Of a stretch of DNA of 64,000 bases, positions 13,319 through 27,111 are shown piece after piece. Each line of letters opens with the position of its first letter. Within the stretch, counting starts at the first letter, position 1. The position numbers and the translations under genes were made by a program. The notes under the pieces were generated by a model that was not told the origin of the DNA, searched no databases, and saw nothing but the letters and a program-made list of their open reading frames with translations. Source of the stretch: Malacoraja senta (taxonomy: Eukaryota); contig CM075992.1 in NCBI GenBank assembly GCA_038087875.1, positions 11,782,001 to 11,846,000 of the forward strand, read 5' to 3'.

Positions 13319-16300
13319 GTAGCCTGTTCATTGTCAAAGATGGAGGATGTCAGTTCATAATTGATTTAACTGGCATGTGCAACATAGACTTTTCAGTATA
13401 TGGAACTTCGTTACTGTCTAACAACTGCTTTCCTTAGGATCTTTATGCCATGCATCGATTTCAAAGATGAATACTATTCACGTCCCATTCACAGGGATCA
13501 CCGGAGACATTTGAAATTTATCTGGATGGGGCAATGATATAGCTAAGGCGTTGCAAATGGACTAACTTCAGCTCCCAGGTCATCTACCAAATTACTAGAC
13601 CGGTCCTAGGACTGCTCGGAGCTCAAAAACACTTGTTATGGCTTAACTGGATGATATTCTAAATGCTGTGTTTTGCTAAAATTAACTGTTTCAGCCGCGA
13701 CTATATTTGAGAAATTGAGGTCCATCATCCATCCAGTTAAATTTAAGTTAATACCAACTAGAGTTATTGATCATTCGGATTTACCGTTAACTATTAATTT
13801 ATCTGTGACTCCGCTCTGGGGCAAGAGATCTATAGAAGCCTGTCACAACCTTGTTATCAAGGAGTCTTCTATTCATCAAGTGTAATTGGCAATATAGCAG
13901 CTGTGTTTCAGCTGTGTAATTGGGCCTTTGCATTATCAGAACTCACAATGTGCAAAGTAGTACCTCTCAAGTGTCATAAAGGTCATTGTTAACAAACCTA
14001 TGCTATTACCAGCTGAAGCTACCTAAGTCACAATGGTGGATGAACTAAAGTCAGCAGTGCTCCAGTAGTTTTGGTCAATAATCTTCAGTTATATTACAAA
14101 CTGATGCTAGTGCTCAAAGATGAAAAATTACGAATGCCATCTCTAGTCACGGAGGCGGATGGGATTTGCATGAATTACCAATTCTTCAGTTATTGGTATC
14201 AATCTACCTATAGACACTAGGTGCATTCTATGGGTTAAGGGTTATTGTGCGTATATGCATAAACTGCATGCTCAGTTCCAAGTTGATACACTGTGGCGGT
14301 GGCATATGTTAGTCACATGGGTGCAATTAAGTCAAAGTATCCTGTCATAATTTACCCAACCTCAGTTGGCTCTGGTGTATCATCACGTAAATCAATAACA
14401 ACACAGAATGGATGTTGGATCACAAGGTATTTCATGTCTTTTCTCCATTTTGCCTCATCTGTCGGGTCTTGCAAGGAATTCAGCAAGATCCCGCTTCAGT
14501 GTTTTCGTACTGTCTTATGCAGCCATGGTTCCCCGCATATGTTGGGTATAATAATACAACCTTATATGGGTATTCTAAACATAAAACTTTGCTGGTTGAG
14601 AATGGGACTCGGGGAACCAGCCTCTGCATGATTAATCACGTCATTGCCTTACTGAATCTGAGAAGACTGCTCCTGCGGCTCGCGTTGTCAGACGATCCAT
14701 GTATGTACTCACTGCAGTAGTAGGGATAGCACCCAAAAAGCAGTACATTTCCTCTTCAGGTGATTGGAAGCGTTCTGTTTAAATGCTATGTTACATATTA
14801 TACGGCACAGATACTGATGTCTTAGAGTTCATTTTCAAATGGGTCATGACAATAAATTAAGTTATAGTCCCATTAACTGTGCCCAACATGCTTTCTCATC
14901 ATATTTGATGCAGCGCGCGGGACCCACTCTGTCGGGTTTCACCCTCTGATATCCAGTTTATTAAGGATATCTTTAACTCAAGTTCTCCCAGACCAAAGTA
15001 CACGGAAGTATGGGATATTGACATTGTGTTAACACTACTTCACCAGGGTGTTCCAGCTATATCCTTATCTTTGGCTCGACTCTCATAAGGTAGTTATCCC
15101 CTTGGCGCTGTTCTCAGCGCAACGGGTCCAGTCATTACATAATTGCGACTGGACAGGATGGTTTCACCTGCTATAATGTGATATTTCATGTTTACGATTT
15201 TGTTAAGTAGACAGCCCAGGGGTGTCAGGTCTCAAACAAGTTCTCATGGCATACCAAATGCACCTTCGGTTACGTATGGTCTCACATTTACAACATTACG
15301 TCAAGGTCACTTAGAGCCTTAGAGGCTCTGATACTAGCTATGTTTGTTAGTTACAATACCGCATAAGAAGGTATCAGTTCAGACCATCTCCAGGTGGTTA
15401 AAACGGGATTTCGGCTTATGCAGGAGTAGATACTAATTTTCTAATCTCACTCCACCAGGGCTGCTACAACATCAGCAGCAAGGGGTGTGTACGTTCCTCT
15501 GGACCACATCCTGCCGACTGCAGGATGGTCTAATGATCGATTTTTCCATGCATTTAATATTAACCCATTGCCAGACCAGGGGTATTTGCCAACTCTATTT
15601 TAGGTTCCATTTATAGTTTCCCCCGGAAGAGAGGGGTTACTATTATTATTATTTGTTCATTTATCAGCATTAGCTTGTTTTAAATCTATGTCATGTCTGT
15701 ATACATTATGAATGTTTTCCTTATCTGTGGTCAACTGATGCAGTCGTGCTTGTGTGGACTCGTTTTTCCGTGGCATGAAATCACAGAGCTTCAAAATCTT
15801 CACGTAGTCACTCACGTGACTCCGAAATAATATAGTAAGATTATACGAGAACTTACCAGTTTGAAGTTTGATCTTTATTTTATGAGTGATTATGTGCCCT
15901 CCGCTCCCTACCCTCGTAACATAAAGATCTTCTCAAAGTTCTAGTCAGCTCTAATCTTACTATTTTAGTTCAACAACTGTTATCTGTGATTTCACACCGC
16001 TGCTTTGAAGATTGACGTGCATGCGCCTTGACGGCCTTCTTCAAGTAATCACTCATCGTAACTCCTCATAAAATGAAGATCAAACTTCAAACTGGTAAGT
16101 TCTCGTTTAATCTTACTATTTTTCAACAACAATCTCTCAGGACTGGTGACGATCATTATGATGTTGTTTTCCATTGCCCCTTATCGTGTGAATCTATTAC
16201 ACCAGAATTACACCAAATTGGAAGACACAAAAACAGAAGCAGGAGTAGGCCATTTTACCCACATGTCTACTCCACCATTCAGTAATACTGTCCTTTACCT

Positions 16301-16439
16301 CAGAGCCACTTACCTGCACCAGCCCAGAATCATTATGTAATTCCCTGGCATTGTCTAGAGACCATCCCTGTTGGTTCATGGTGGTGGTGGCACTATCGTA
16401 AACTATGCAGCCCTGTTGAAGGCGGTTCCACAGTGTTTG

Positions 16440-16752
16440 ATCAAATTGATTGAAAGATACCGCATGGAAACAGGTCCTTTGGCCCATTGAGTCCTCGCTG
16501 GTCAAACATCGATCACACGTTCACACGAGGTCTATGTTATCCCACTTGCACATCCATTGACTACACACTGGGGTCAATTTACTGTCCAATGAACCTACAA
16601 ACCAGCACTTCTTTGGGATGTGGGAGGAAACTAGAGCACCCGGAGGAAACCTATGTGGATAACTTGCAAACTCCACACAGACAGCACACAAGGACAAGAT
16701 CAAACCTGGGTCTCTGGCGTTGTGAGGCAGTTGTTCTACCAGCTGCACCACT
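16440..16752 (-). mobile_element. tRNA-derived SINE
   Basis: Reverse strand begins gtggtgcagctggtagaac (A-box) and continues with the shared SINE body. Confidence 0.65.
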
Positions 16753-16779
16753 CTACTACCCACATGCCTGCTGCTGAGA

Positions 16780-18310
16780 AGAAGTTCTCAGAATTAGACC
16801 CAGTGATGAAGCTTTGCTTAATTCACTGAAGGTTATTCCCAAGTCAGGAGGGGGTGTAATTTAGACAGGGACAACAGTTGTCATGTTCCCATGTGCTTGA
16901 AACTCTTGTGCTTCTGGGTGGTAAAAGCCATGGGTTTGGAGCAGCCTGGGTGAGTAACGAATGAATGAAACTCAAATCACTGGGCACCAATACTTCATTG
17001 TGGATGGTGTCAAACTCTTGAGAGATGTTGGCCATGTATTTGGCCACATTCCTGACTTGTCCCTTGTAGATGGTGGAAAGGCTTTGTGGTGTCCAGAGTT
17101 GATGCAGGTGCCAGGAGATGTCCAGCCGTGTGATTCGACTGGAGACAGTCATTACCTGGCATTTGTGGTGTGAATGTCATGTGACACTGAATGTTGTCTA
17201 CACCTTGCTGCCTGCAGCCAGAGGCCGCTTCATTTGCTGTGGAGTTGTCGCAGGAATGGGATTTTGTGCATCCATCAACAAATATTCGAACCTCTGATTT
17301 CCTAATGGAAGCAGCTGAGATGGTTGTGCCGAGGATACTGCTCTGAGCAACTCCTGCAGTGATGTCCCTGGGGTGGGATTATTGACCTCCAATGACCACA
17401 GCTGCCTTTCCACGAGCGAGATCTGACTCCATCCATTGGAATGTTTTCACTTTGATGCACACTGACCTGGTTTACCAGATGCTGCTTAATGCCACACTCC
17501 ATCAAATACTGCTTTGCTGTCAGGGGCACGCACTATAGGCCTCTTGGCTCCATCCTCGGGTTTGTGAATCCCAAAGTGGGAATCAGCTAGTGAGTGATTG
17601 ATGAAAGCACCTTCTATGTCTCCTCCCATCACTTTGATGATGATCGCGCACCAAGTAGCTGTATTCATTTGTCCTGCATTTTGTGACAGGACATCACCTG
17701 GGCAATTCACCCCACTGGTAGGGTAGATACTAATGCTAGACCTACACTGGATCAGTTTGACTACAGGTACAGCTTGTTTTAGAGAGCAGCTCTTTAATAC
17801 TACAGCAAGGATGTTATCTGATCACCCAACCTTTACTCTGTCCAATGCTTACAGCCATTTCTTTATCGGCTCGAGTGAACTGAACTGGCTGAAGACCAGC
17901 TTCTGAGATACTGGAGATCTCAGGAGGAACTCAGATGCATCAGTCACTTGTTACTTCTAACTGGGTCTGGTGCAAAGCTTCAGCGTTGCCTTCAGCACAC
18001 AATTCATGAGCATCATTCATGACTAGGTGTGGTAGGGATGTTGGTCTCCAGAAAGATCCACTATGTCAACTTGGCCCTGTCCCTCCTGCATGGTTTAACT
18101 TTGCAGTTTCATTAGTCTGCCATCTCATTCCTGGATGCATCAGGTGTAGATGCCCTGCCTGAGCCAACGTCGACTGCCTGGTTGGAGAGAATTAATCGAG
18201 TGAGGGTGTATGGGCCATATGGTTACAGATGGTGCTGGTGAATGTGTATGCCATTGAAGCCCCACCATGCCTCATGATGTACAACTTGGAGCTGCCAGAT
18301 AGGCCCTGAC
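16780..18310 (-). mobile_element. Ancient degraded LINE (CR1/L2-like RT remnants)
   Basis: KAVFDGVWH and TIYKGQVR remnants; heavily mutated. Confidence 0.5.
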
Positions 18311-18347
18311 TCTCTACTATATAGAAATTAGAAATGCTTCAGAAAAT

Positions 18348-18652
18348 GTAGTTTAGTTTAGGTTAGTTTAGTGATACAGAGTGTAAACGGGCCCTATGGC
18401 CCACTGAGTTCACTCTGACCCACGGTCACCGGTACTCTAGTTCTATCCTACACACTAGGGACAATTTACAGAAGCCAATTAACCTACAAACCTACATGTC
18501 TTTGGAATGTGGGAGGAAAGCAGCGTACCCGGAGAAAACCCATTCAATCATAGGGAGAACGTACAAAATCCGTACAGACAGCACCCATAGTCAAGATCGA
18601 ACCCGGGTCTCTGGCACTGCAAGGCAACCACTCTATCGCTGCACCACTGTGC
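18348..18652 (-). mobile_element. tRNA-derived SINE
   Basis: A-box-like agtggtgcagcgatagag, B-box-like gggttcgatc, (ctaaa)n tail. Confidence 0.75.
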
Positions 18653-18927
18653 TGGGCAGTTGATCTCCACAAGGACAGTGTTGGTCACTTGTACCAATGC
18701 TATTGTGAACAGGTAGATAAGATGGAGAACAAGGTTGATCCCTCGCATTGATCCGTTCACTATTCACAGAGACACAATCTAGCAGCAACATCCCTCTGGA
18801 CCTGACCAGTCACAGCCTTCATTAGACAGGAACTTCTGAGGCTGATGACCTACGCTTGAAGACATTTCATCTCATTCTTGCTCTGATCGGATGATCTCTG
18901 ATTTTGAAAATAATGCTAATGCATCGC

Positions 18928-19100
18928 ACTGTGGTGCAGCTGGTAGAGTTGCTGCCTCACAGCGCCAGAGACCCGGGTTCGATCCTGACCCCGGGTGCTG
19001 TCTGTGGAGTTTGTCCGTTCTCCCTGTGACTGTGTGAGTTTCCTCTGGGTGCTCCTGCTATTTCCAATATTGCAAAGATATGCAAGTTTGTAGGTTTATA
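18928..19100 (+). mobile_element. tRNA-derived SINE 5' half
   Basis: gtggtgcagctggtagagttgctgcctcacagcgccagagacccgggttcgatcc. Confidence 0.75.
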
Positions 19101-19656
19101 GGTTGTAGTTTACTGCTGAGGGTGGTGGTGGTGGAGGCAGACACATAGATGGCATTTAAGAGACTTTTACATAGGCACATGGATATGCAGGGAATGGAGG
19201 GATATGAATTATGTGCAGACAGATAAGTGTCTTGGCATCATGTTCAGTGCAGACATTGTGGGCCAAAGGGTCTCTCTTGTGTTGTATTGTTGAATGTTCC
19301 ATGTTAATCGGTCTTCATACATTGCCCCTGGTGTGTAGGGAGTGGATGCAAAAGTAGGATAGCATAAAACTAATGTGAATGGATGACCAATGGTTAGTGT
19401 GAACTTTGGATATTTGAGATTGGATTGGATTTAATTTCTGTCAACAGGAAGGGCAAACATTGAATACAGTTACTTGTAGGGAGACACTGTGGTAGAAATA
19501 GGACTGACCAATCCAAGCTCTCAACATCAAACCAAGTAACAGAGCATGGGGATTTATGTGTAGGAAAGAACTGCAGATGCTGGTTTAAATTGAAGGTAGA
19601 CACAAAATGCTGGAGTAACTCAACGGTACAGGCAGCATCACTGGAGAGAAAGAATG

Positions 19657-19690
19657 GGTGACATTTCGGGTCGAGACCCTTCTTCAGACT
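19657..19690 (-). ncRNA. Minimal hammerhead-ribozyme motif in the Penelope-like terminal repeat
   Basis: AGU-CUGAAGA-A-GGGUC-UC-GACCC-GAAAU-GUC-ACC: CUGANGA and GAAA cores, stem II, GUC cleavage triplet. Confidence 0.65.
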
Positions 19691-19850
19691 GCTGTCTGGG
19701 GAGGGGGCGGGACAAAGATAGAATGTAGTCGGAAACAGTAAGACTAGTGGGAGAACTGGGAAGGGGAGGGGATAGAGAGGGAAAGCTAGGGATATCTGAA
19801 GTTAGAGAAGTCAATGTTCATACCGCTGGGGTGTAAGCTACCTAAGCAAA

Positions 19851-22430
19851 ATAGAAACATAGAAACATAGAAAATAGGTGCAGGAGTAGGCCATTCGGCC
19901 CTTCGAGCCTGCACCGCCATTTGATATGATCATGGCCGATAATCCAACTCAGTATCCTGTACCTGCCTTCTCTCCATACCCCCTGATCCCTTTAGCCACA
20001 AGGGCCACATCTAACTCCCTCTTAAATATAGCCAATGAACTGGCCTCAACTACCTTCTGTGGCAGAGAATTCCACAGATTCACCACTCTCTGTGTAAAAA
20101 ATGATTTCCTCATCTCGGTCCTAAAAGTCTTCCCTCCTATCCTTAAACTGTGACCCCTAGTTCTGGACTTCCCCAACATTGGGAATAATCTTCCTGCATC
20201 TAGCCTGTCCAACCCCTTAAGAATTTTGTAAGTTTCTATAAGATCCCCCCTCAGTCTTCTGAATTCCAACGTGTACAAGCCAAGTCTATCCAGTCTTTCC
20301 TCATATGAAAGTCCTGCCATCCCAGGAATCAGTCTGGTGAACCTTCTCTGTACTCCCTCTATGGCAAGAATGTCTTTCCTCAGATTAGGAGACCAAAACT
20401 GTACGCAATACTCCAGGTGTGGTCTCACCAAGACCCTGTACAATTGCAGTAGAACCTCCCTGCTCTTATACTCAAATCCTTTTGCTATGAATGCTAACAT
20501 ACCATTTGCTTTCTTCACTGCCTGCTGCACCTGCATTCCTACTTTCAATGACTGGTGTACCATGACACCCAGGTCTCGTTGCATCTCCCCTTTTCCTAAT
20601 CGGCCACCATTCAGGTAATAGTCTACTTTCCTGTTTTTGCCACCAAAGTGGATAACCTCACATGTATCCACATTTTACTGCATCTGCCATGCCTTTGCCC
20701 ACTCACCCAACCTATCCAAGTCAACTTGCAGCCTCCTAGCATCCTCCTCACAGCTAACACTGCCCCCCAGCTTCGTGTCATCCGCAAACTTGGAGATGTT
20801 GCATTCAATTCCCTCATCCAGATCAATAATATATATTGTAAATAGCTGGGGTCCCAGCACTGAGCCTTGCGGTAACCCACTAGTCACTGCCTGCCATTCT
20901 GAAAAGGACCCGTTTACTCCTACTCTTTGCTTCCTGTCTGCCAGCCAGTTCTCTATCCACATCAATACTGAACCCCCAATACCATGTGCTTTAAGTTTGT
21001 ATGCTAATCTCTTATGCGGGACCTTGTCGAAAGCCTTCTGAAAGTCCAGATATAACACATCCACTGGTTCTCCCTTATCCACTCTACTAGTTACATCCTC
21101 GAAAAATTCTATAAGATTCGTCAGACATGATTTACCTTTCATAAATCCATGCTGACTTTGTCCAATGAACTCACCACTTTCCAAATGTGCTGCTATCCCA
21201 TCTTTAATAACTGACTCCAGAATTTTCCCCACCACCGATGTTAGACTAACTGGTCTGTAATTCCCCGTTTTCTCTCTCCCTCCCTTTTTAAAAGGTGGGG
21301 TTACATTAGCTACCCTCCAGTCCTCAGGAACTACTCCAGAATCTAAAGAGTTTTGAAAAATTATCACTAATGCATCCACTATTTCTGCAGCTACTTCCTT
21401 AAGTACTCTGGGATGCAACTTATCTGGCCCTGGGGATTTATTGGCCTTTAATCCATTCAATTTACCTAACACCACTTCCCGGCTAACCTGGATTTCATCT
21501 GGGTTCCTCCATCTCATTTAACCCCCGGTCCCTTGCTATTTCCGGCAGATTATTTATGTCTTCCTTAGTGAAGACAGAACCAAAGTAATTATTCAATTGG
21601 TCTGCCATGTCCTTGTTCCCCATGATCAATTCGCCTGTTTCTGACTGCAAGGGACCTACATTTGTTTTAACTAATCTTTTCCTCTTGACATATCTATAAA
21701 AACTTTTGCAGTCAGTTTTTATGTTCCCTGCCAGTTTTCTTTCATAATCTATTTTCCCTTTCCCAATTAAGCCTTTTGTCCACCTCTGCTGGACTCTGAA
21801 TTTCTCCCAGTCCTCTGGTAGGCTGGTTGTTCTGGCTAATTTGTAGGCTTCCTCTTTTGTTTTGAAACTATCCCTGATTTCCCTTGTTATCCACGGATGC
21901 ACTACCTTCCCTGATTTATTATTTTGCCAAACTGGGATGAACACTTGTTGTAGTTCATCCATGCAGTTTTTAAATGCCTTCCATTGCATATCCACCATCA
22001 ACCCTTTAAGAATCATTGGCCAGTCTATCTTGGCCAATTCACGTCTCATACCCTCAAAGTCACCTTTCTTTAAGTTCAGGACCTTTGTTTCTGAAATAAC
22101 AATGTCACTCTCCATCCTAATGAAGAACTCATCCATATTATGGTCACTCTTGCCCAAGGGGCCACGCACAACAAGACTGCTAACTAACCCTTCCTCATTA
22201 CTCAATACCCAGTCTAGAATAGCCTGCTCTCTCATTGGTTCTTCTACATGTTGGTTTAGAAAACTATCTCGCATACATTCCAAGAAATCCCCTTCCTCAG
22301 CACTCCTGCCAATTTGATTCACCCAATCTATATGTAGATTGAAGTCACCCATTATAATGGTTTTACCTTTGTTGCACACGTTTCTAATTTCCTGTTTGAT
22401 GCCATCCCCAACTCCACTACTACTGTTAGG
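19851..22430 (-). mobile_element. CR1 LINE, 5'-truncated, ORF2 largely preserved
   Basis: Three ORFs (294, 280 and 240 aa) covering the endonuclease end and RT; (ctatgttt)n tail. Confidence 0.93.
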
Positions 22431-23199
22431 TAAGAGGTAAGTTTACTGTAGTAAAGACAACTTCTGATGGTTTGTTCTCAATCTAGCAATTCATAAAGCT
22501 GTCTTTGTGGCACTATTTCTGCCTCTAGTTTGTAATAAGAGGTGGTGTTCCTCCAATTTGTGCTGGGCCTCACTCTGACAATGAAGGAGGCCCAGGACAG
22601 AAAGGTCAGATTGGGAATGGGAGGGGGAGTTGAAGTGCTAAGCCACCGGGAGATCAGATAGGTTTAGACGGACTGAGCGGAGGTATTCAGCGAAACACCT
22701 GATCGCCGAGCCTGCGCTTGGTCTCACTGATATAGAAAAGTTGACATCTGGAACAGCGGATACAGTATATGAGGTTGGAGGAGGTGCAAGTGAACCTCTG
22801 CCTCACCAGGAAAGATGGTTTGGGTCCTTGGATGGAGGCGAGGGGGGAGGTAAAGGGACAGGTGTTGCATCTCCTTCGGATGCAGGGGAAAGTTTCTCGG
22901 GAGAGGGTGGTTTGAGTGGAAAGGGACGAGTTGACCAGGGAGTTTCAGAGGGAACAGTCTCTGCGGAAAGCAGAAAGGGGTGGAGATGGAAAGATGTGGC
23001 CAGTAGCGGGATCCAGTTGGAGGGGGCGAAAATGTTGGAGGATTTATGTGCTTAGTAAAGACAACTTCTGATGGTTTGTTCTCAATCTAGCAATTCATAA
23101 AGCTGTCTTTGTGGCACTATTACTGCCTCTTGTTTGTAATCTCAAACATCCTCCTTGCTGGAATGTTTTTTGTAATTATATTAAAGTCTTTTTTTACAT

Positions 23200-24730
23200 G
23201 GAGAACATCAATTTCCCGCCACCAACTCTCTCCTTTGCGTAGCAGAGCTGCTCCTTACTCTTAATAACTTCTTCAACTCCTCCCACTTCCTCCAAATCCA
23301 AGGCATAGCTATGGGCAACTGCATGGGCTCCAGCTATGCCTGCCTCTTTGTAGGGTACGTTGAACAATCCTGTTCCTGCCGTACACTGGCCCTGTCCCTG
23401 AACTCTCTCTGCTACATTGATGACTACATCAGTGCTACCTCCTGCACTCAAATTTACTTGGACCATCTATGACATCTCCCAACCATTTCCTGATCGCCCC
23501 GATTGCATCATAGGAGATAAACTATCAGCAGACATTTATTGTGAAGCCACTGACTCCCACAGCTATCCTGACTACACTTCTCTCACCCTGCTTCCTATAG
23601 AGACTCTATCCCCTACTCCCAATTCTGCCGTATCTGCGCCCAAGATGAGGTGTTCCATCCCAGGAGATCTGAGATGTCCTCATTCTTTAGGGAACAGGGG
23701 TTCCTCTATTCAATCATTGATGAGTCTCCTCAATATCCTGCATCTCCGCTCTTGCTCCCCCCCCCCTCCCAGTTGCAACAGGGACAGAGCCCCCTAGTCC
23801 TCAACTTTTACCCCAACAGCCGTCACATAAACAGCACATAATCCTCGGGCATTTTCGCCACCTCCAATGTGATCCCACCAATAGCCACATCTTCCCATCT
23901 CCACCCCTTTCTGCTTTCCACAGGGACCGTTCCCTCCGCAATTCCCTGGTTAACTCGTCCCAACCCACCCAGACCACCCACACCCCAGTTACCTTCCCCT
24001 GCAACCGCAGGAGATACAACACCTGTCCCTATACCTCTCCCCTCAACTCCATCCTAGGACCTCGACAATCTTTTCAGGTGAGGCAGAGGTTCACTTGTAC
24101 CTCCTCCAACCTTATCCTCTGTATCCACTGTTCCAGGTGTGGACTCGTATATATTGATGAGTCCAAGCGCAGACTCGGCGATCGTTTCACTGAACATCTC
24201 TGCTCAGTCCACCTAAACCTACCTGATCTCCCGGTTCCTAAACACTTTAACTCTCCCTCCCATTCCCACACTGACCTTTCTGTCCTGGGCCTCCTCCATT
24301 GTCATAGTGAGGCCCAGCACAAATGAGAGGAACAAAAACTCAGATTTCACTTGGGCAGCTTACACCCCAGCAGTATGAATATTGACTTCTCTAACTTCAA
24401 ATAACCTTTGCCTTCCTTCTCTCTCCATCCTTCCCCCCTTCCCAGTTCTCCGACCAGTCTTACTGTCCTTGTTTACATTTTATCTCTGTTTGCTTTGTTG
24501 TTAACTTCTCCTTGCTAACATTTATCTATTCTACGCTGTCCTTGATCTCCATCACCTTTGTCTCTTTTTCACATTTTACATTTCCTTATCTCTGTATCTC
24601 CCTCTCCCCTGATTGTGTCGACCTGAAATACACCCATTCCTTCTATCCAGAGATGCTGCCTGTCCAGCTGAGTTACTCCAGCATTTTGGGTCTATCTTTG
24701 GTTTAAACCAGCATTTGCAGTTCCTTCCTA
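23200..24730 (+). mobile_element. Penelope-like element, degenerate RT plus GIY-YIG
   Basis: GIAMGNCMGSSYACLFVG, YIDD, TDSHSY and FTCTSSNL..C..C..VYIDESKRRLGDRF motifs. Confidence 0.85.
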
Positions 24731-25200
24731 TAACATAGTAAGATTAAAGGAGAACTTACCAGTTATGAGGAGTTACGATGAGCGATTACGTGAAGAAGGC
24801 CGTCAAGGCACATGCGCTTCAATCTTCAAAGCAGCGGCGTGAAATCACAGATAACAGTTGTTGAACTAAAATAGTAAGATTAGAGCTGAGTAGAACTTTG
24901 AGAAAGATCTTTATGTTACAAGGGTTGGGAGCGGAGGGCACGTAATCGCTCATCGTAACTCCTCATAAAATAAAGATCAAACTTCAAACTGGTAAGCTCG
25001 TTTAATCTTACTATTTTACTTCGGAGTCACGTGAGTGACTACGCGAAGACTTTGAAGCTCTGTGATTTCATGCGTGGAAAACGAGTCCATGCGTCACACA
25101 CTGCATTAGTTGACCAGGATGAGTGAGAAATAATCAAACATGACATAGATATAAAATGCTGATGCTTTAATAAACAAAGAAAACAACAATAGTGACCCTC

Positions 25201-25950
25201 TCACCCAGGGGGAAACTGTAAAACAGAACATAAAACAGAATTAGCAAAAGTCCCCGGTCTGGCAATAGGTTTGTTGTAAAACCTCTGATACGTCAGTTCA
25301 TTAGACCATCCCGCAGACGCTAGAATGTGGTCGATTGGGACGTCCATATCCCTTGCTGCTGACGTAGATGCAGCCCTGGTAGAATGAGTTTTAAATGTGT
25401 CAGTGTCCACTCCTGCACATGCCAGCACCTGTTTTATCCATCTTGAAATGGTCTGCCCTATAACCTTCCTATGAGGTTTGGTGTAGCTGATGAATAAGGA
25501 TAATTCCGAGCCTCTGAGGCTCTTAGTGATCATAATGTATTGTAATATGTGAGATACCACATACAACCGTTGGTCTACGGGGTAAGCCATAAAACTTAAT
25601 TTGAGCCCCGACATCCCTGGTCTGCTCTGCTTTAATAGATCATGAACAAAAAAGGTGATGTTGTCAACAGATGTAACCATGCTGTCCAGTCTAAGTTTAT
25701 TTAACGTCTGGACCCGTTGTGCTGAGACCAGCGCCATGAGCATGGCTACCTTAAGTGTGAGATTAGAGAGAGACAGGGATGAAGCGTGTGCCCACTGACG
25801 GAGCAGCGTGAGGACCACGCTCACATCCCATATCTGTGAATATCTGGGCCTTGGGGGAGTAGAGTTAAAAATGCCCTTCATAAATCTAGTTATTAAGGGG
25901 TGAGATCCGATAGTGTGGTTCCTTGACCCCAGCCATAAGTAAGATGACAA
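25201..25950 (-). CDS. DIRS tyrosine recombinase C-terminal catalytic domain
   Basis: SAQR (catalytic Arg), LKQSR, HSTRAAS (HxxR) and AGWS..TY..FY motifs. Confidence 0.85.
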   Translation of the reverse strand: MSSYLWLGSRNHTIGSHPLITRFMKGIFNSTPPRPRYSQIWDVSVVLTLLRQWAHASSLSLSNLTLKVAMLMALVSAQRVQTLNKLRLDSMVTSVDNITFFVHDLLKQSRPGMSGLKLSFMAYPVDQRLYVVSHILQYIMITKSLRGSELSLFISYTKPHRKVIGQTISRWIKQVLACAGVDTDTFKTHSTRAASTSAARDMDVPIDHILASAGWSNELTYQRFYNKPIARPGTFANSVLCSVLQFPPG

Positions 25951-27111
25951 AGCGCTCCTAGCACTATTTATGGCACTATAACTGAGTTTCTGATCATAGA
26001 AAAGTGTAGAAAGGAACTACAAAACATCTGTAATGGAAGCCGTGTCATACGAAATATTCGATAGGGAGCAGTACATCTCCCATTTCCTTATATGAGAGAT
26101 GTACTGTTTCTGGGGGCGCTTCCTCCAGGCCGCAGTGATCACATCTACCATACGATCTGAAAGTCCGAGCCCCAGGAATGGTCTCCTCAGAGTCTGCAAA
26201 CCAATAAATTTATTTGGTCATGAAGAGGATGGCTTTCCCCTGTCACAGGATGTACCAGCAGCTTTCTGCTTTTGGGAACAACCATAAAAGGCTGTGTAAT
26301 AATAGCTAGGACGAGTGGGAACCAATGTTGAGTAGGCCAGTCTGGTACTACCAATATGCCAGAGGCGGAGTCTTGCTTGATCTTGGCCAAGCATCGACTG
26401 ATGAGGCAAAATGGGGGAAACACATACAAGAACTTCCCACCCCAGCATAGCGAGAATGCATCTACTACTACTGCCCCTGGGTCTGGTTCCCATGAAATGT
26501 AATTTGGTAACTGATGATTTAGTCTGGATGCAAACAGATCAATATATCATACCGAACGACAATGTCGTTAAACACTTTATGATTCAACATCCACTCTTTG
26601 TTGTCATTGAATTCGCGTGACCTGTTGTCCGCCACCATATTATATCTACCTGGTAAGTAGACAGCTGAAACCCAGATGTTTCTCGCAATACACCAATACT
26701 CTAGATGGTACCAAAACCTTAACTGGGTGGATTAGGAACCCCAGTCTCTCAAACATGAGTTTGGTAGCTGACACAGATAATTCAGCTAATTTCATAGTCT
26801 TCCCAATCATTAAGATGTCATCCAAGTATGCCATGACTATATGATTCTGTGCCCAGAGTAGCCCCAGGACTAGTCTTAACAATTTAGTGAATAGTCTGGG
26901 GGCTGAGGTTAACCCATTAGGGAATGCTTTAAACTGCCACAATTGCCCCATCCAGCTAAACTTCAAATATCTCCTGTGGTCTACATGAATGGCCACCGAA
27001 TAGTAAGCATCTTTGAGGTCGATGCATGCCATGTAACACCCCTTGGAAACCAGTTGTTTGGCAGTAACAAAGTTTTCCATTTTGAAGTGTTTATACTGCA
27101 CAAATGAGTTA

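Larger units (their letters stand above)
10324..16123 (+). mobile_element. DIRS1-type tyrosine-recombinase retrotransposon, degenerate
   Basis: Left ITR at about 10324-10380 inverted to right ITR at about 16018-16123; ICR at about 15798-15886; decayed RT (CIDFKDEYY, LDDI), methyltransferase-like (VFSPFCLI) and YR (HSTRAA) remnants; homologous to the 24.7-29.5 kb copy. Confidence 0.88.
19555..23052 (-). mobile_element. Penelope-like element (GIY-YIG end plus 3' terminal repeat) split by a CR1 insertion
   Basis: 19555-19852 joins 22537-23052; homologous to the GIY-YIG-encoding copy at 52.4-53.5 kb. Confidence 0.75.

Noticed and set aside
26187..26429. FPPF motif as a bacterial methyltransferase or defence gene
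   Set aside because: It is the known methyltransferase-like domain of DIRS1 elements, lying between the RT region and YR.
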